Source of the DNA: Roseibacillus sp.
GTDB lineage: Bacteria > Verrucomicrobiota > Verrucomicrobiia > Verrucomicrobiales > Akkermansiaceae
Length of the DNA stretch: 64,000 bases
Assembly (NCBI GenBank): GCA_051251855.1
Contig: JBPOGI010000001.1
Span: 1,376,001-1,440,000 of the forward strand
Direction of reading: 5' to 3'
A model generated the notes under the pieces. It searched no databases and was not told where the DNA came from. It saw only the letters and a list, made by a program, of their open reading frames with translations. The number at the start of each line of letters is the position of its first letter. The stretch's first letter is position 1. Positions 1-9,336 of this stretch are shown here, piece after piece. The translations under genes and the position numbers were made by a program.

Positions 1-38
1 TTCTTAGCTTTTTGAATTTCTGCAACAGAGTCAGCCAT
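1..38 (-). CDS. 5' fragment of a probable cytochrome c oxidase subunit IV-like protein (runs off the window)
   Basis: ATG at 38, 6 nt after the subunit III stop, reading MADSVAEIQKAK. The identity is inferred from position only. Confidence 0.4.
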   Translation of the reverse strand, partial: MADSVAEIQKAK

Positions 39-44
39 GGTGAA

Positions 45-1790
45 TTACATCAAGTAAAGGATTGGGAAGAGGAAGATCCAGACGAGGTCAACGAAGTGCC
101 AAAATAAGCCTCCAACCTCGACTCGGTTCGCGAGACGCTCGGGATTGTTCAAATACATTTTCTTTCCGAAGAAAAGAAAATGACCTAGGACAATGATACC
201 ACCGATAACGTGGAGTCCATGCAGTCCGGTAATAAGGAAATAAATAGCGTAGTAGTTATTCCAACGGGGGGTGAACTTACTTTCCAAGTTCACCTCTTCA
301 CGAGGAACGACTACTTCCGGGAAATGCTTCGCATAATCTTTCTTGTGGTTAGGGCCCGCAAATCCACTAAAGACACCCTTCTCATCATTACCCTCCCCCA
401 TGTTCACCAATTCCTGCCATCCCATACGGTAGCGTTCAGTGTCGGTAGGAACATGCGTCGGCTTGCCATCTTTCCCCAACCCATGCTTTTTGAGAAGTTC
501 CTTCTCCAACTCCCCGATGTGCTTTATATGTTTCTCCCAAAGCGCTTTCACCTCTGGATTATTCTTAATAATCCATGTGGACTGAATCGCAACCTCGGGG
601 TCGATGCCCTTCTCCTCTGCTCGCTGAGCAACGAACCGAAAATCTACAGCATCAGCCGCCATCTCAATCTGGCTATGCTTGCTGTCCATCTCACCTCCAA
701 GAAGAGTACCATCCTTAAAGCTAGCCGAAGAAGCCGTTTCGAGAACATCACGTGGCTTGAGAACAAAAGTTACCTTCGGCTCAATATTGAAAGTGACGGA
801 TGAAGGAGCCCTAACGATAAAATCATCAAAAGCAGGGTTAAGCTCAAGTTTGTCCTTAATCTTGTAGGAAGGCTCATTACGCATGTCCTTAGGAAGATCC
901 TTCCTAAGACGCGCCCATGCATCGCGATTTTGCTTTGTGCGAATAGCAGCATTGTGCGCTTTCGCATCGAGATGCACTTCACGGAGTTTCTTGAGAAGTC
1001 CCAAGGTAAGAAGCTCACCCTCTTTCGCCAACTCAGTCTCGGCAACTTCGGGGTTGCTTCGACCACTCACGGTTGAAGCGAGCTTCACGTCACGCTTCTG
1101 AGATTGAGCCTGTAGCATCAAATCCTGAATAGTCGGGTCGTAAAAACGCTCAAGGTCGATCGTAATCGTGTCTGCGTTGAAGATTACCTGATTGAAGTAA
1201 TGCTTCTCTTTCTTACCCTTGGATTTGCCACCATGATCGTCGGCAGACTCTTCCTTGTCGGCAACAAGAATCATGCCACTAGATTCGAAGGAGCCATTGG
1301 CATGTTCCTCGGCTTTTTTGGCGTGGGAGTCCCCATGCCCTTCGGGGTGGTAGTGTTCAATCTTCCCCTCGGAATCGATAGTGAATTTGTGAGTGTGGCC
1401 TTCCAAGACAACAAAGTCTTTCATGCGCACCGCTTGGTGACTCCACTTTGCCTTATACTCGATCCCTTTGAGGACCATAAAGAGACCAGCACAAAGTAAT
1501 GTGATCACCATGTAGACCTGAAACTGACGCCACTTGCGCATCTTGAGAGAAGCCCAAGCAAAGACGATCGTAACTGAAGAAAAGATGAGAATGAAGGTAT
1601 TGATCAAACCAGGCACCACAGGCAACGCCCGCTCTGGCCAAGGAAAGTCAGCATAGACTCGCAAGAAAACGTATCCGGAGAAGAGACCTCCAAAGAGCAT
1701 CACTTCCGATGCAAGGAACAACCAAAGGCCTACTTTTGCATTGTAAAGGCCGGTGTCCTTGCGGGCGGTAACAGTATAGGGAATATCCAT
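45..1790 (-). CDS. coxC: Heme-copper oxidase subunit III with a ~390-aa soluble insertion
   Basis: N-terminal WLFLASEVMLFGGLF and C-terminal TGLHGLHVIGG...GLFWHFVDLVWIFLF are COX3 signatures. 581 aa against ~200 aa for short bacterial subunits III. Confidence 0.9.
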   Translation of the reverse strand: MDIPYTVTARKDTGLYNAKVGLWLFLASEVMLFGGLFSGYVFLRVYADFPWPERALPVVPGLINTFILIFSSVTIVFAWASLKMRKWRQFQVYMVITLLCAGLFMVLKGIEYKAKWSHQAVRMKDFVVLEGHTHKFTIDSEGKIEHYHPEGHGDSHAKKAEEHANGSFESSGMILVADKEESADDHGGKSKGKKEKHYFNQVIFNADTITIDLERFYDPTIQDLMLQAQSQKRDVKLASTVSGRSNPEVAETELAKEGELLTLGLLKKLREVHLDAKAHNAAIRTKQNRDAWARLRKDLPKDMRNEPSYKIKDKLELNPAFDDFIVRAPSSVTFNIEPKVTFVLKPRDVLETASSASFKDGTLLGGEMDSKHSQIEMAADAVDFRFVAQRAEEKGIDPEVAIQSTWIIKNNPEVKALWEKHIKHIGELEKELLKKHGLGKDGKPTHVPTDTERYRMGWQELVNMGEGNDEKGVFSGFAGPNHKKDYAKHFPEVVVPREEVNLESKFTPRWNNYYAIYFLITGLHGLHVIGGIIVLGHFLFFGKKMYLNNPERLANRVEVGGLFWHFVDLVWIFLFPILYLM

Positions 1791-1811
1791 GATATCAGGA
1801 AAGTCGACAGG

Positions 1812-3713
1812 TTAGGCAACAGTAGGCTTAGACTCCTCTTTGGTTGGAGCGGACTCGGGTGCAGCCTTAGAAGGCTCATGCCACTGTGGCATGTAATCTT
1901 CATCACAATCAGGACGAGAATATTCGTAAGGACCGCGATAGACTGAAGGCTCGGTAAGGAAGTTTCCATGCCCTGGAGGCGTTGGAGTCGCCCACTCAAG
2001 GGTCGTCGCATTCCAAGGATTGTCGTTCTCAACCTTCTTACCACGGCGCCATGCGAAGAAAACGTTAAGGATGAAAGGAATCTGTGCCAGCGCGAGCAAG
2101 AAAGCGGCATTCGACATCGTGATATTGAGAGGCATATACTGCTCAACCGTATTGCCGAAGACGTTTGCACTCTCGCTCGCTTGGGCCAAGTAAGCGTCTC
2201 CTCCGTTATACCAACGACGATGGAAACCAGCCATTCCCTGCACCAACATTGGGAAGAAGAGCAAGTTAACGAAAATCAACGAAGGCCAGAAGTGAAGGTG
2301 CCCCAGAAGGTTGTTCATGTATCGGCCAGTAATCTTTGGATACCAGTGGTAGACGCCTGCGAAAAGACCAAAGAGAATACCAGGTGCTACCACGTAGTGG
2401 AAGTGACCAATCACGTAGTAGGTGTCGTGAAGGTGAAGCCCCACAAGGTTGAAGGCAAGAGGCAGACCGGTAAGGCCACCAATTCCAAACATAGGAATAA
2501 ATGCAGTTGCCCAAAGCATCGGCACTGTGAACCGAATCGAACCACCCCACATCGAGATAATAAGTGAAGTCAGAAGAATCACCGACGGAATCGAAATCAA
2601 TACCGTCGTTGTCTGGAAGAAGGTCGAAATCACGGGACCCATTCCGGTGAGATACATATGGTGAGCCCAAACAATGAAACTCAAGAAACCGAGGATAATT
2701 ACAGACCAAACCATGGGACGGTATCCCCAGAGAGGCTTACGAGTATTGCAGGGAATAATTTCCGCGACACAAGCAATGGCAGGAAGGAGAAGAACATAAA
2801 CCTCGGGGTGACCTAGGAACCAGAAAAGGTGCTGATAGAGAAGAGGACTACCACTACCAGCAACCTCCAAAGCACCACTACCTGTCACCAAACCAGAAGG
2901 CATGAAGAAAGAAGATCCAAAGACACGGTCACTCAGCTGCATCAGAGCTGCTGCTTCAAGGGGTGGGAAAGCAAGCAAAAGAAGAAAACCGGTCACCAGC
3001 ATGGCCCATACGAAAAACGGCAAACGCATCCAAGTCATCCCCTTCGCTCGAAGGTTAATAATGGTGGTCAAGAAGTTGACCGCACCAAGGAGCGAGGAAG
3101 AGATGAGAAAGACCATCGCTAGTAACCACCAAGTCTGTCCGGTCATCCACTGGTTGGGAGCACCCGCCTGTTGCAGACCAGCAAGAGGAGAATAGTTTGT
3201 CCAGCCTGATTGAGCTGCACCGGTATTGAGGAAGAAACTTGCCAACATCAACATACCGCCAACGAAGTAGAGCCAGAAACTCCACATGTTCAACTTAGGG
3301 AAAGCCATGTCGATTGCTCCAATCTGAAGGGGCATCACGTAATTACCGAAAGCGGCGAATCCAAGAGGAACCACTCCCAAGAAAACCATAATCGTTCCGT
3401 GCATCGCACCGAACATATTGTAGGTCTCCCCCTTCACCATTCCGTCCTGAAGCCAACGAGCCTTCCAGTCTGCGCTGAAAAAGAAAGACATCCACTCGGG
3501 AAGTGGCTCATGAGGATAGGCGATTGACCAGCGCATCACCATCATCAAACAGAATCCGATGAGAAGAAAAATTAGGGAAACTAATCCGTATTGGATGCCG
3601 ATCGTCTTGTGGTCAGTCGAGAAAAAATACTTCTCAAGAAAGCTCGGATTATGATGGTCATCATGGTGATGATCATCGTGAGAATGGTCTGCGGTTGGTG
3701 CTGCTGCGCTCAT
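1812..3713 (-). CDS. coxA: Cytochrome c oxidase subunit I, A1-type
   Basis: MHGTIMVF, FLGHPEVY, WAHHMY, HDTYYVIGHFHYV and RR pair are all present, as is the D-channel segment GNY...IGAIDMAFP. Confidence 0.95.
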   Translation of the reverse strand: MSAAAPTADHSHDDHHHDDHHNPSFLEKYFFSTDHKTIGIQYGLVSLIFLLIGFCLMMVMRWSIAYPHEPLPEWMSFFFSADWKARWLQDGMVKGETYNMFGAMHGTIMVFLGVVPLGFAAFGNYVMPLQIGAIDMAFPKLNMWSFWLYFVGGMLMLASFFLNTGAAQSGWTNYSPLAGLQQAGAPNQWMTGQTWWLLAMVFLISSSLLGAVNFLTTIINLRAKGMTWMRLPFFVWAMLVTGFLLLLAFPPLEAAALMQLSDRVFGSSFFMPSGLVTGSGALEVAGSGSPLLYQHLFWFLGHPEVYVLLLPAIACVAEIIPCNTRKPLWGYRPMVWSVIILGFLSFIVWAHHMYLTGMGPVISTFFQTTTVLISIPSVILLTSLIISMWGGSIRFTVPMLWATAFIPMFGIGGLTGLPLAFNLVGLHLHDTYYVIGHFHYVVAPGILFGLFAGVYHWYPKITGRYMNNLLGHLHFWPSLIFVNLLFFPMLVQGMAGFHRRWYNGGDAYLAQASESANVFGNTVEQYMPLNITMSNAAFLLALAQIPFILNVFFAWRRGKKVENDNPWNATTLEWATPTPPGHGNFLTEPSVYRGPYEYSRPDCDEDYMPQWHEPSKAAPESAPTKEESKPTVA

Positions 3714-3737
3714 CGTCGGAATCTAGATCAAGTTCTG

Positions 3738-4523
3738 TTAGTTTCCACCAGCATTTGCAACTGGAAGGTATGTTTCGAAGTCAATGATGGTTGCGGGATC
3801 CATCGTTTCGCCTGGAAGAAGTTTCATATGGCCGTCCAAAAGCTCTTGAGCACTCGTAGCCTTGCCGGCTCCACGCGCTTCGTAGGCATCAATTGCAACT
3901 TGGGCCTGCTCGATGGTGACGACATCACCAACGTTGTTTAGTCCATTGCGAAGATATGTCATCAAAGGTGCGAGCTCTTTCGCTGAGAGAGGTCCTTGTG
4001 CGGGCATCGCCCCATTCCATGTCTTACCAGCCACCTCGATAGGTCCTTGGACTCCGTTAAGAATAATCATTCCTAGAGCTTCGGTATTATCACCAACCAC
4101 CCACTCAGAATCAGCAAGTGGAGGAAAATTCGCTCCATCACCTTTACCGTCAGCGCCGTGACAACCAGCGCACTTACCGTAGGTTTTAGCTCCTTGCTTC
4201 ACGAAGAAAGGAAGCATCTCTCCTTCAGTAACTTCTTCGACCCCACCGGAAGTGTCTGGCTCGAAGTCATTCGCCCACATAGTGCTCTCATCGTATGCAA
4301 AGAGAGCTCCACCCTTACCGAGCACACCACCACCTACCAAAAGAGCTATACCAGCGCAAAGGAACAGCCAGAGCGGCACGGGCTCCATACCGTTTTCGTG
4401 AAGACGACGCTCACGAATCGTCGCAGGGGTCGCCCCCTCAAAAACAGCGTGCGTCTCAGCTACGTTGATCTCCTCGTCGAGGTCAGGTCGAAGCCGGGCG
4501 TTAGGTTCTTGCTCAGAAGACAT
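3738..4523 (-). CDS. Membrane-anchored monoheme cytochrome c
   Basis: One TM segment, CAGCH heme motif, FPPLA, distal Met in WNGAMP. Confidence 0.9.
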   Translation of the reverse strand: MSSEQEPNARLRPDLDEEINVAETHAVFEGATPATIRERRLHENGMEPVPLWLFLCAGIALLVGGGVLGKGGALFAYDESTMWANDFEPDTSGGVEEVTEGEMLPFFVKQGAKTYGKCAGCHGADGKGDGANFPPLADSEWVVGDNTEALGMIILNGVQGPIEVAGKTWNGAMPAQGPLSAKELAPLMTYLRNGLNNVGDVVTIEQAQVAIDAYEARGAGKATSAQELLDGHMKLLPGETMDPATIIDFETYLPVANAGGN

Positions 4524-4541
4524 GGTTAAATTCGTTAGCGC

Positions 4542-5174
4542 TTACTTTTTGCGAGGGTTAAGAGAGGTCGGAATGGTATTATCCTTCCGCATCGAAAGGA
4601 GGTAGGCCGCAAGTGCTTTCGCCTCAGGCTTAGGTTTACTGGCACTTCCATTGAACATGAAAGAAAGTGACGGGCACACGGACTTGTAGTCGTAGTCGCG
4701 TGGATTGTAGAGGTGATTGAGTAGCCACTGCTCGGGTGTAATCGCCTGCTCTGCCCCTTGACGCTGTGCGCGAATCGCAACATTACTTAAGTCCTGACCG
4801 ACTCGGCCCTGACCAATGTAGGCAAACTTTTCGCCGGCAAAATCGAAAGGATTGGTCTCGCGACGGGAATCTTCGATACCTTCCGCTGCATTCGAGGGAA
4901 CACCCGCCCAGTCTTCGCGATACATGTCTGTCCCCGCATAGCTTGGACGAATCAATTGAGTGTGGCAAAGAGCACATCCATTGGCGGCATAGATGGGAGC
5001 GCCGTCAGTGCGGCCGGTCCGCTGAAATTCGTAGACACCGTCGAAGCCGTCCTGTGCCTCGTTAAAGGTAGGAGCCTCCAGATTGGCCATCTGAACATAG
5101 GGAATCGCAATTGCGAAAACCCATGGAAGTCCAAAGGCGGCGCTGAGACCGATGAGAAAAGTTTTAAAGTTCAT
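4542..5174 (-). CDS. CcoO/FixO-like (cbb3 subunit II-like) monoheme cytochrome c
   Basis: N-terminal TM, Y...GCALCHTQLIRP, G.GRVGQDL and HLYNPR match the FixO family pattern. Confidence 0.8.
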   Translation of the reverse strand: MNFKTFLIGLSAAFGLPWVFAIAIPYVQMANLEAPTFNEAQDGFDGVYEFQRTGRTDGAPIYAANGCALCHTQLIRPSYAGTDMYREDWAGVPSNAAEGIEDSRRETNPFDFAGEKFAYIGQGRVGQDLSNVAIRAQRQGAEQAITPEQWLLNHLYNPRDYDYKSVCPSLSFMFNGSASKPKPEAKALAAYLLSMRKDNTIPTSLNPRKK

Positions 5175-6667
5175 TATGCCTTGGCTGCTTGAAGTTCTTC
5201 AATATCACCCTCTGGGCCGTGAGGAGAATTCGCATGATGTCCCCCATCAAGCAATGTGGGATGGGTGCTTCGGCGACCAAGCCGTGCCCACATCAAAAGG
5301 AGGTGAGAGAGAAAGATGAAGTTAGCAAGGGCGATGAAGAGCCATGCGAGAGTCGTTCCCACCGCATAAGCCTTACCAAAAGTCGCAGCATCTGCCCAGG
5401 GGGCACTGGAATCATTCTGAGCACCTCCTTGGAAAGCTCCCCCAATAATGGAACACAACACGACGGCTGCGACACCATAGAGAGACAGGAAGAAATGGCT
5501 CTTGATGAATCGCTTAGACAACCACTCGCGACGAGTGACGCGAGGCACCACAAAGTAGATGAGTCCGAAAATGCACATGCTGAAAAATCCGTAAATCGCA
5601 AGAATATCGAAACCGTACCCTGTGAGACTAAATTGAGTCGCGGCAAGGCTCCCGCTCGTGTTTAAGAAGAGGCCAAAGATTCCCAAAAGAAGCATCCCAA
5701 CCATACCACCTAAGGTGAAATGAAGAGAGGGACTATTGCGAGCAGCTCCACTTTCATCCTGAAGAATCGTGCGTAAAATATTTACTGCAACCGCCAGCGC
5801 AGGAATCAAGAAAAGAACAGTCGCAGCAGCACCAACATAAGGCAAAAACTGGGGAATGGGTGCACCAGCCAATTTTTGGAAGCCAGCCCATGGCGCAATG
5901 ACCATCAAAGACCAAAAACCGAAAAGCGCCAGGTGGTAGCTGTGAACCGGCCGACCGGTGACCTTAGGTGCCAAGTAGTAAGCCGAAGAAATGGCCACCG
6001 GTGCGAGGAAGAGGAAGAGCATTCCAGAACGGAACCATTCTGAAACAGCAGCCTTCATCAAGGGATGTCCATCGAGAACGAAGACAAATAAGTGAGCGCT
6101 GAAGAAGATCCATGGAAATGCAATAATCGCGGCCAACAAATACCATTGAGAAACATAAATATGCCCCTTTTCGCGAACCTGGAACTGAATCCCCGACCAA
6201 ATGGTGGTCAAGATGTAACTAATGAGAAGCATAGGCCAAACGAAAGTAGGAAAAGCCATCCAAGTCACCCCAGTGCTACCACCCAAAAGAATACCAACAA
6301 GACCAAGACTGATAGCGATATTCCAAATGTGACCAGCAATCAAAATAAGAACACTGTTCTTCGACTCTTTGCGACAAAGACGAGCCATGAGCCAAATAAT
6401 GGCACCAAAGGCAGCCTGACAGGCCCATCCGTAAAGAAGGATATTCTGATGAGCGAGAGAGAGACGACCAGTTGTTGCCCATGCCGCATCTCCGAGGAAA
6501 TCCGGTGAGTGGCTCTTGAAAGAGGAAGCAAATCCAAGAAGCACCGCAACGAAAAGCCAAAGGGCTCCGCTGGTGAAAAAGAACATCACCGGGTGCCGCA
6601 GCGAGCGGTCGATATCGGCGCGCAATTTGGCGTCCTTGGGATCAGAATTCTGTGCAGTTGCAGACAT
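5174..6667 (-). CDS. CcoN-like (cbb3 subunit I-like) membrane protein, degenerate active site
   Basis: About 12 TM segments, GRL..AH.N..LYGW, HIYVSQWY, YYLAPKVTGRPVHSY.L..FGFW. The CuB and heme b3 histidines are absent. Confidence 0.75.
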   Translation of the reverse strand: MSATAQNSDPKDAKLRADIDRSLRHPVMFFFTSGALWLFVAVLLGFASSFKSHSPDFLGDAAWATTGRLSLAHQNILLYGWACQAAFGAIIWLMARLCRKESKNSVLILIAGHIWNIAISLGLVGILLGGSTGVTWMAFPTFVWPMLLISYILTTIWSGIQFQVREKGHIYVSQWYLLAAIIAFPWIFFSAHLFVFVLDGHPLMKAAVSEWFRSGMLFLFLAPVAISSAYYLAPKVTGRPVHSYHLALFGFWSLMVIAPWAGFQKLAGAPIPQFLPYVGAAATVLFLIPALAVAVNILRTILQDESGAARNSPSLHFTLGGMVGMLLLGIFGLFLNTSGSLAATQFSLTGYGFDILAIYGFFSMCIFGLIYFVVPRVTRREWLSKRFIKSHFFLSLYGVAAVVLCSIIGGAFQGGAQNDSSAPWADAATFGKAYAVGTTLAWLFIALANFIFLSHLLLMWARLGRRSTHPTLLDGGHHANSPHGPEGDIEELQAAKA

Positions 6668-6670
6668 GAC

Positions 6671-7318
6671 TTAGAGAGCAGAAGGGTCAGCGGGTTTAAA
6701 GAGAGTCTCCGGGCGAGGGGCTTGCGGAGCTGGAGCGGGAGATTTCTTAGCAGCGGGAGCTGGCTTCACTTCGGGAGCTGGTTTCGCTTCAGGAGCTGGT
6801 TTCGCTTCGGGAGCTGGCTTCGCTTCGGGAGCTGGTTTCGCTTCAGGAGCTGGTTTCGCTTCGGGAGCTGGTTTCGCTTCAGGAGCTGGTTTTGCTTCAG
6901 GAGCTGGTTTCGCTTCGGGAGCTGGCTTCGCTTCAGGAGCCGCAGCCTCGTCCGAGCTCTCCCCTTCTTCTGCGGGAGCCTCCTCGGCAACTGTCGCAGG
7001 GTCGCGGAACATGTCGTTCTTCATTGCCAAAGGCTTGCTGCTCACCCACTTGGCTCCAACGAGGGCAAAAACCTCTGAGGGAGGAACTTGAAGCTTGTCG
7101 CCATTCTCAACACGCTCAAAATTTTTGAGCTGCTCAGCTTCTACAAGCTCCCTTACCGCAAGACGGCGAGTCGCGCCGGCCTCATCAGCGGCAGTCACTT
7201 CAGGGGAACTGACCATAGGAGCTAGAATGAGTGCAATAATACCGAAGAGCAGAAAGGCTCCCAGCACGAGCCAAAAGGCCGTGAATCGCTTGATTGGTGT
7301 ATCGTTCGTAGCAGACAT
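6671..7318 (-). CDS. Single-TM membrane protein with a PEAKPA-repeat tail (possible accessory subunit)
   Basis: ATG abuts the actF stop. One TM helix and 10 hexapeptide repeats. Confidence 0.75.
   Translation of the reverse strand: MSATNDTPIKRFTAFWLVLGAFLLFGIIALILAPMVSSPEVTAADEAGATRRLAVRELVEAEQLKNFERVENGDKLQVPPSEVFALVGAKWVSSKPLAMKNDMFRDPATVAEEAPAEEGESSDEAAAPEAKPAPEAKPAPEAKPAPEAKPAPEAKPAPEAKPAPEAKPAPEAKPAPEAKPAPEVKPAPAAKKSPAPAPQAPRPETLFKPADPSAL
6756..6940. repeat. 18-bp coding tandem repeat, 10 units
   Basis: Unit GGAGCTGG(T/C)TTCGCTTC(A/G), with mostly synonymous variation. Confidence 0.95.
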
Positions 7319-8671
7319 TTAGTTGTGAACGTTGGCAGATTCGAGAATACGAGGATCGCGATGCGGATAGAGCGAAACCGAGGTGATATTGCGGAGCAAG
7401 AAGAAGACAAATCCACAGCCGACAATGAAGAAGGCAATTAAGTCGCCAATCCAAGCACCGGGCATCCAGAGCTTAGGGTCGTGAGAAACAACATTTCCAA
7501 CCGAAGGACCGCGCTCAGGAATGATCATGTGGTAGATATCGAGGAAGTGCATGAAGAGAAGGTATCCCGCAATCGCCAACATGAAGTTATTCTTCTTCTT
7601 CAGGTCTGAACGAAGAAGCAACAAGAACGGCGCCCCAAAATGCCCTAAGACGAGAACGTAACTGAGAACATTCCAGTTTTCAGTGTTCCGAAGAATGAAG
7701 TAACGGGTCTCCTCCGTGACATTCGCATACCAGTAAAGAAAGAATTGTGAGAACGAGATATAGGCCCAGAAGATGGTAAAAGCGAAGATGAGCTTACCCA
7801 TTAAATGGTCGTGCTCAGCAGTGACCACCTTCTTCATGAAGCCAGCCTTCCGAAGAAGAATACTGACTATCAAAATGACCGCCATGGAGTTCAAAGCACT
7901 ACCAGCGAAGATGTAAACACCCCACATGGTAGAGAACCAAGTGTAGTCGAGGCCCATCACCCAATCAACACCGATAAAAGTGAGAGTCACTCCAAAGATT
8001 GCGATTCCCCAGGAAGACATCGAGCGAGCCTTAAAAAGGCGGTCAGTTCCTGGCGAAGGACAAGTATCTTGGTCGACTGACAACTTACGGAGCTTCCAAA
8101 TCACGAAGCCGAGACCAAGGAAGAAGATCACGAAGCGAGCGTGCCAGAATTCAAGGCTGAGATACCAAATCTTGGCAATCAACATTCCGTCATGTTTAGC
8201 AGCGCGAGCTTCAAGTCCTGCTGCCGCACTGGTATCTTCAAGACCATAGTCCTTCGCATACTGAATTGCGGTTTTGTGCTCAGTCATCCACTCGAAAAGG
8301 AATGTCTGAACACTTGGGAAAAGAAGAGGAAGGGCGAAGATGAACATGAACGGGAAAACAAAGCCCACGTTCTCAAAAATACGGCGAACTGAAGTCCCCC
8401 ACCCTGAATTCGACACGTTGTGAAGCAGCGTCCAAAAACAACCACCCAAAGCAATCGTGAAAAAGTAGAAAACGGCAAATAACCAAGAGAAGGAATAGTT
8501 ACCTTTCAGTTCGCTAGGTTTCTCTGGATTATGTCCCCAAAGGAAAACTGCGCTGGCAAGCAAGCCGATCAAAGCGACCGCTCCACAAACAAGCATCATT
8601 AGCTGAACCTTGCTCTTCGGCAATTGTTCTCCATTAACCGGAATATCGGCGGATGTTACTCTATGTCCCAT
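7319..8671 (-). CDS. actF: Alternative complex III subunit ActF
   Basis: Polytopic membrane protein with DWVMGL...WFSTMWG and FWAYISFSQF..YWYANV.EET motifs, located after actE. Confidence 0.85.
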   Translation of the reverse strand: MGHRVTSADIPVNGEQLPKSKVQLMMLVCGAVALIGLLASAVFLWGHNPEKPSELKGNYSFSWLFAVFYFFTIALGGCFWTLLHNVSNSGWGTSVRRIFENVGFVFPFMFIFALPLLFPSVQTFLFEWMTEHKTAIQYAKDYGLEDTSAAAGLEARAAKHDGMLIAKIWYLSLEFWHARFVIFFLGLGFVIWKLRKLSVDQDTCPSPGTDRLFKARSMSSWGIAIFGVTLTFIGVDWVMGLDYTWFSTMWGVYIFAGSALNSMAVILIVSILLRKAGFMKKVVTAEHDHLMGKLIFAFTIFWAYISFSQFFLYWYANVTEETRYFILRNTENWNVLSYVLVLGHFGAPFLLLLRSDLKKKNNFMLAIAGYLLFMHFLDIYHMIIPERGPSVGNVVSHDPKLWMPGAWIGDLIAFFIVGCGFVFFLLRNITSVSLYPHRDPRILESANVHN

Positions 8672-9327
8672 TACTGTCCTTCCCCTTTCTGTCCCAAATC
8701 TTCTGCTGAAACCTCGCGGGCTTCTTGCATCGCACGCACATAAGCGACAATCGCCCAGCGGTCTTCAACTGGAATGTTCATGCCGTAGGCACCCATCATT
8801 CCCTTACCGTGAGTAATCACGTGATAAAGCATCCCATCAGGGTAGCTCTCAGTTTGAAACGTTCCTTCGTGCAAATTACGCACTCCGGTCAAACCCAACT
8901 TTGAAACAGTGCCGCCTCCGTCGCCGGACTCACCGTGACAAATAGCACAGAAGATTCCGTAGCGGTCATGGCCACGAGCAAAAAATGCTTCTGCAGTCTC
9001 TGCCGTGAGCGCTAACTCTTCGGGCATCCCTGTTCCGTAATAACCTTCCGTCAAACCGGTGTAGTAGTAGCCGGTGCGACCTTCGCCGAACTCCACCGAA
9101 AAGACACCGTCATCACCTGAATTAGGAATGGTGCCCACTACTGGGAGGCGTGAGCCTTTGCCATCTTCGAAAAAGTCGTTTGGCTTTTGCCCCTTGACCT
9201 TATCCTGCTCGTCCATATCTGGGAAGAGACGGAAAGGTGGACGCTCGAACTTACTGCCCGGAATCCCGAAGATTCCGACAACCGCCAAAGCGATGAAGGC
9301 GTAGACTATGAAAAAGTATTTGAGCAT
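8671..9327 (-). CDS. actE: Alternative complex III monoheme subunit ActE
   Basis: FPDMDEQ, CAICH, HGKGMM, DRWAIVAYVRA. Confidence 0.88.
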   Translation of the reverse strand: MLKYFFIVYAFIALAVVGIFGIPGSKFERPPFRLFPDMDEQDKVKGQKPNDFFEDGKGSRLPVVGTIPNSGDDGVFSVEFGEGRTGYYYTGLTEGYYGTGMPEELALTAETAEAFFARGHDRYGIFCAICHGESGDGGGTVSKLGLTGVRNLHEGTFQTESYPDGMLYHVITHGKGMMGAYGMNIPVEDRWAIVAYVRAMQEAREVSAEDLGQKGEGQ

Positions 9328-9336
9328 GGTTTTGCT

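Noticed and set aside
6756..6940. Tandem repeat as a possible CRISPR array
   Set aside because: Contiguous 18-bp units with no spacers, in frame within a CDS, and no cas genes.
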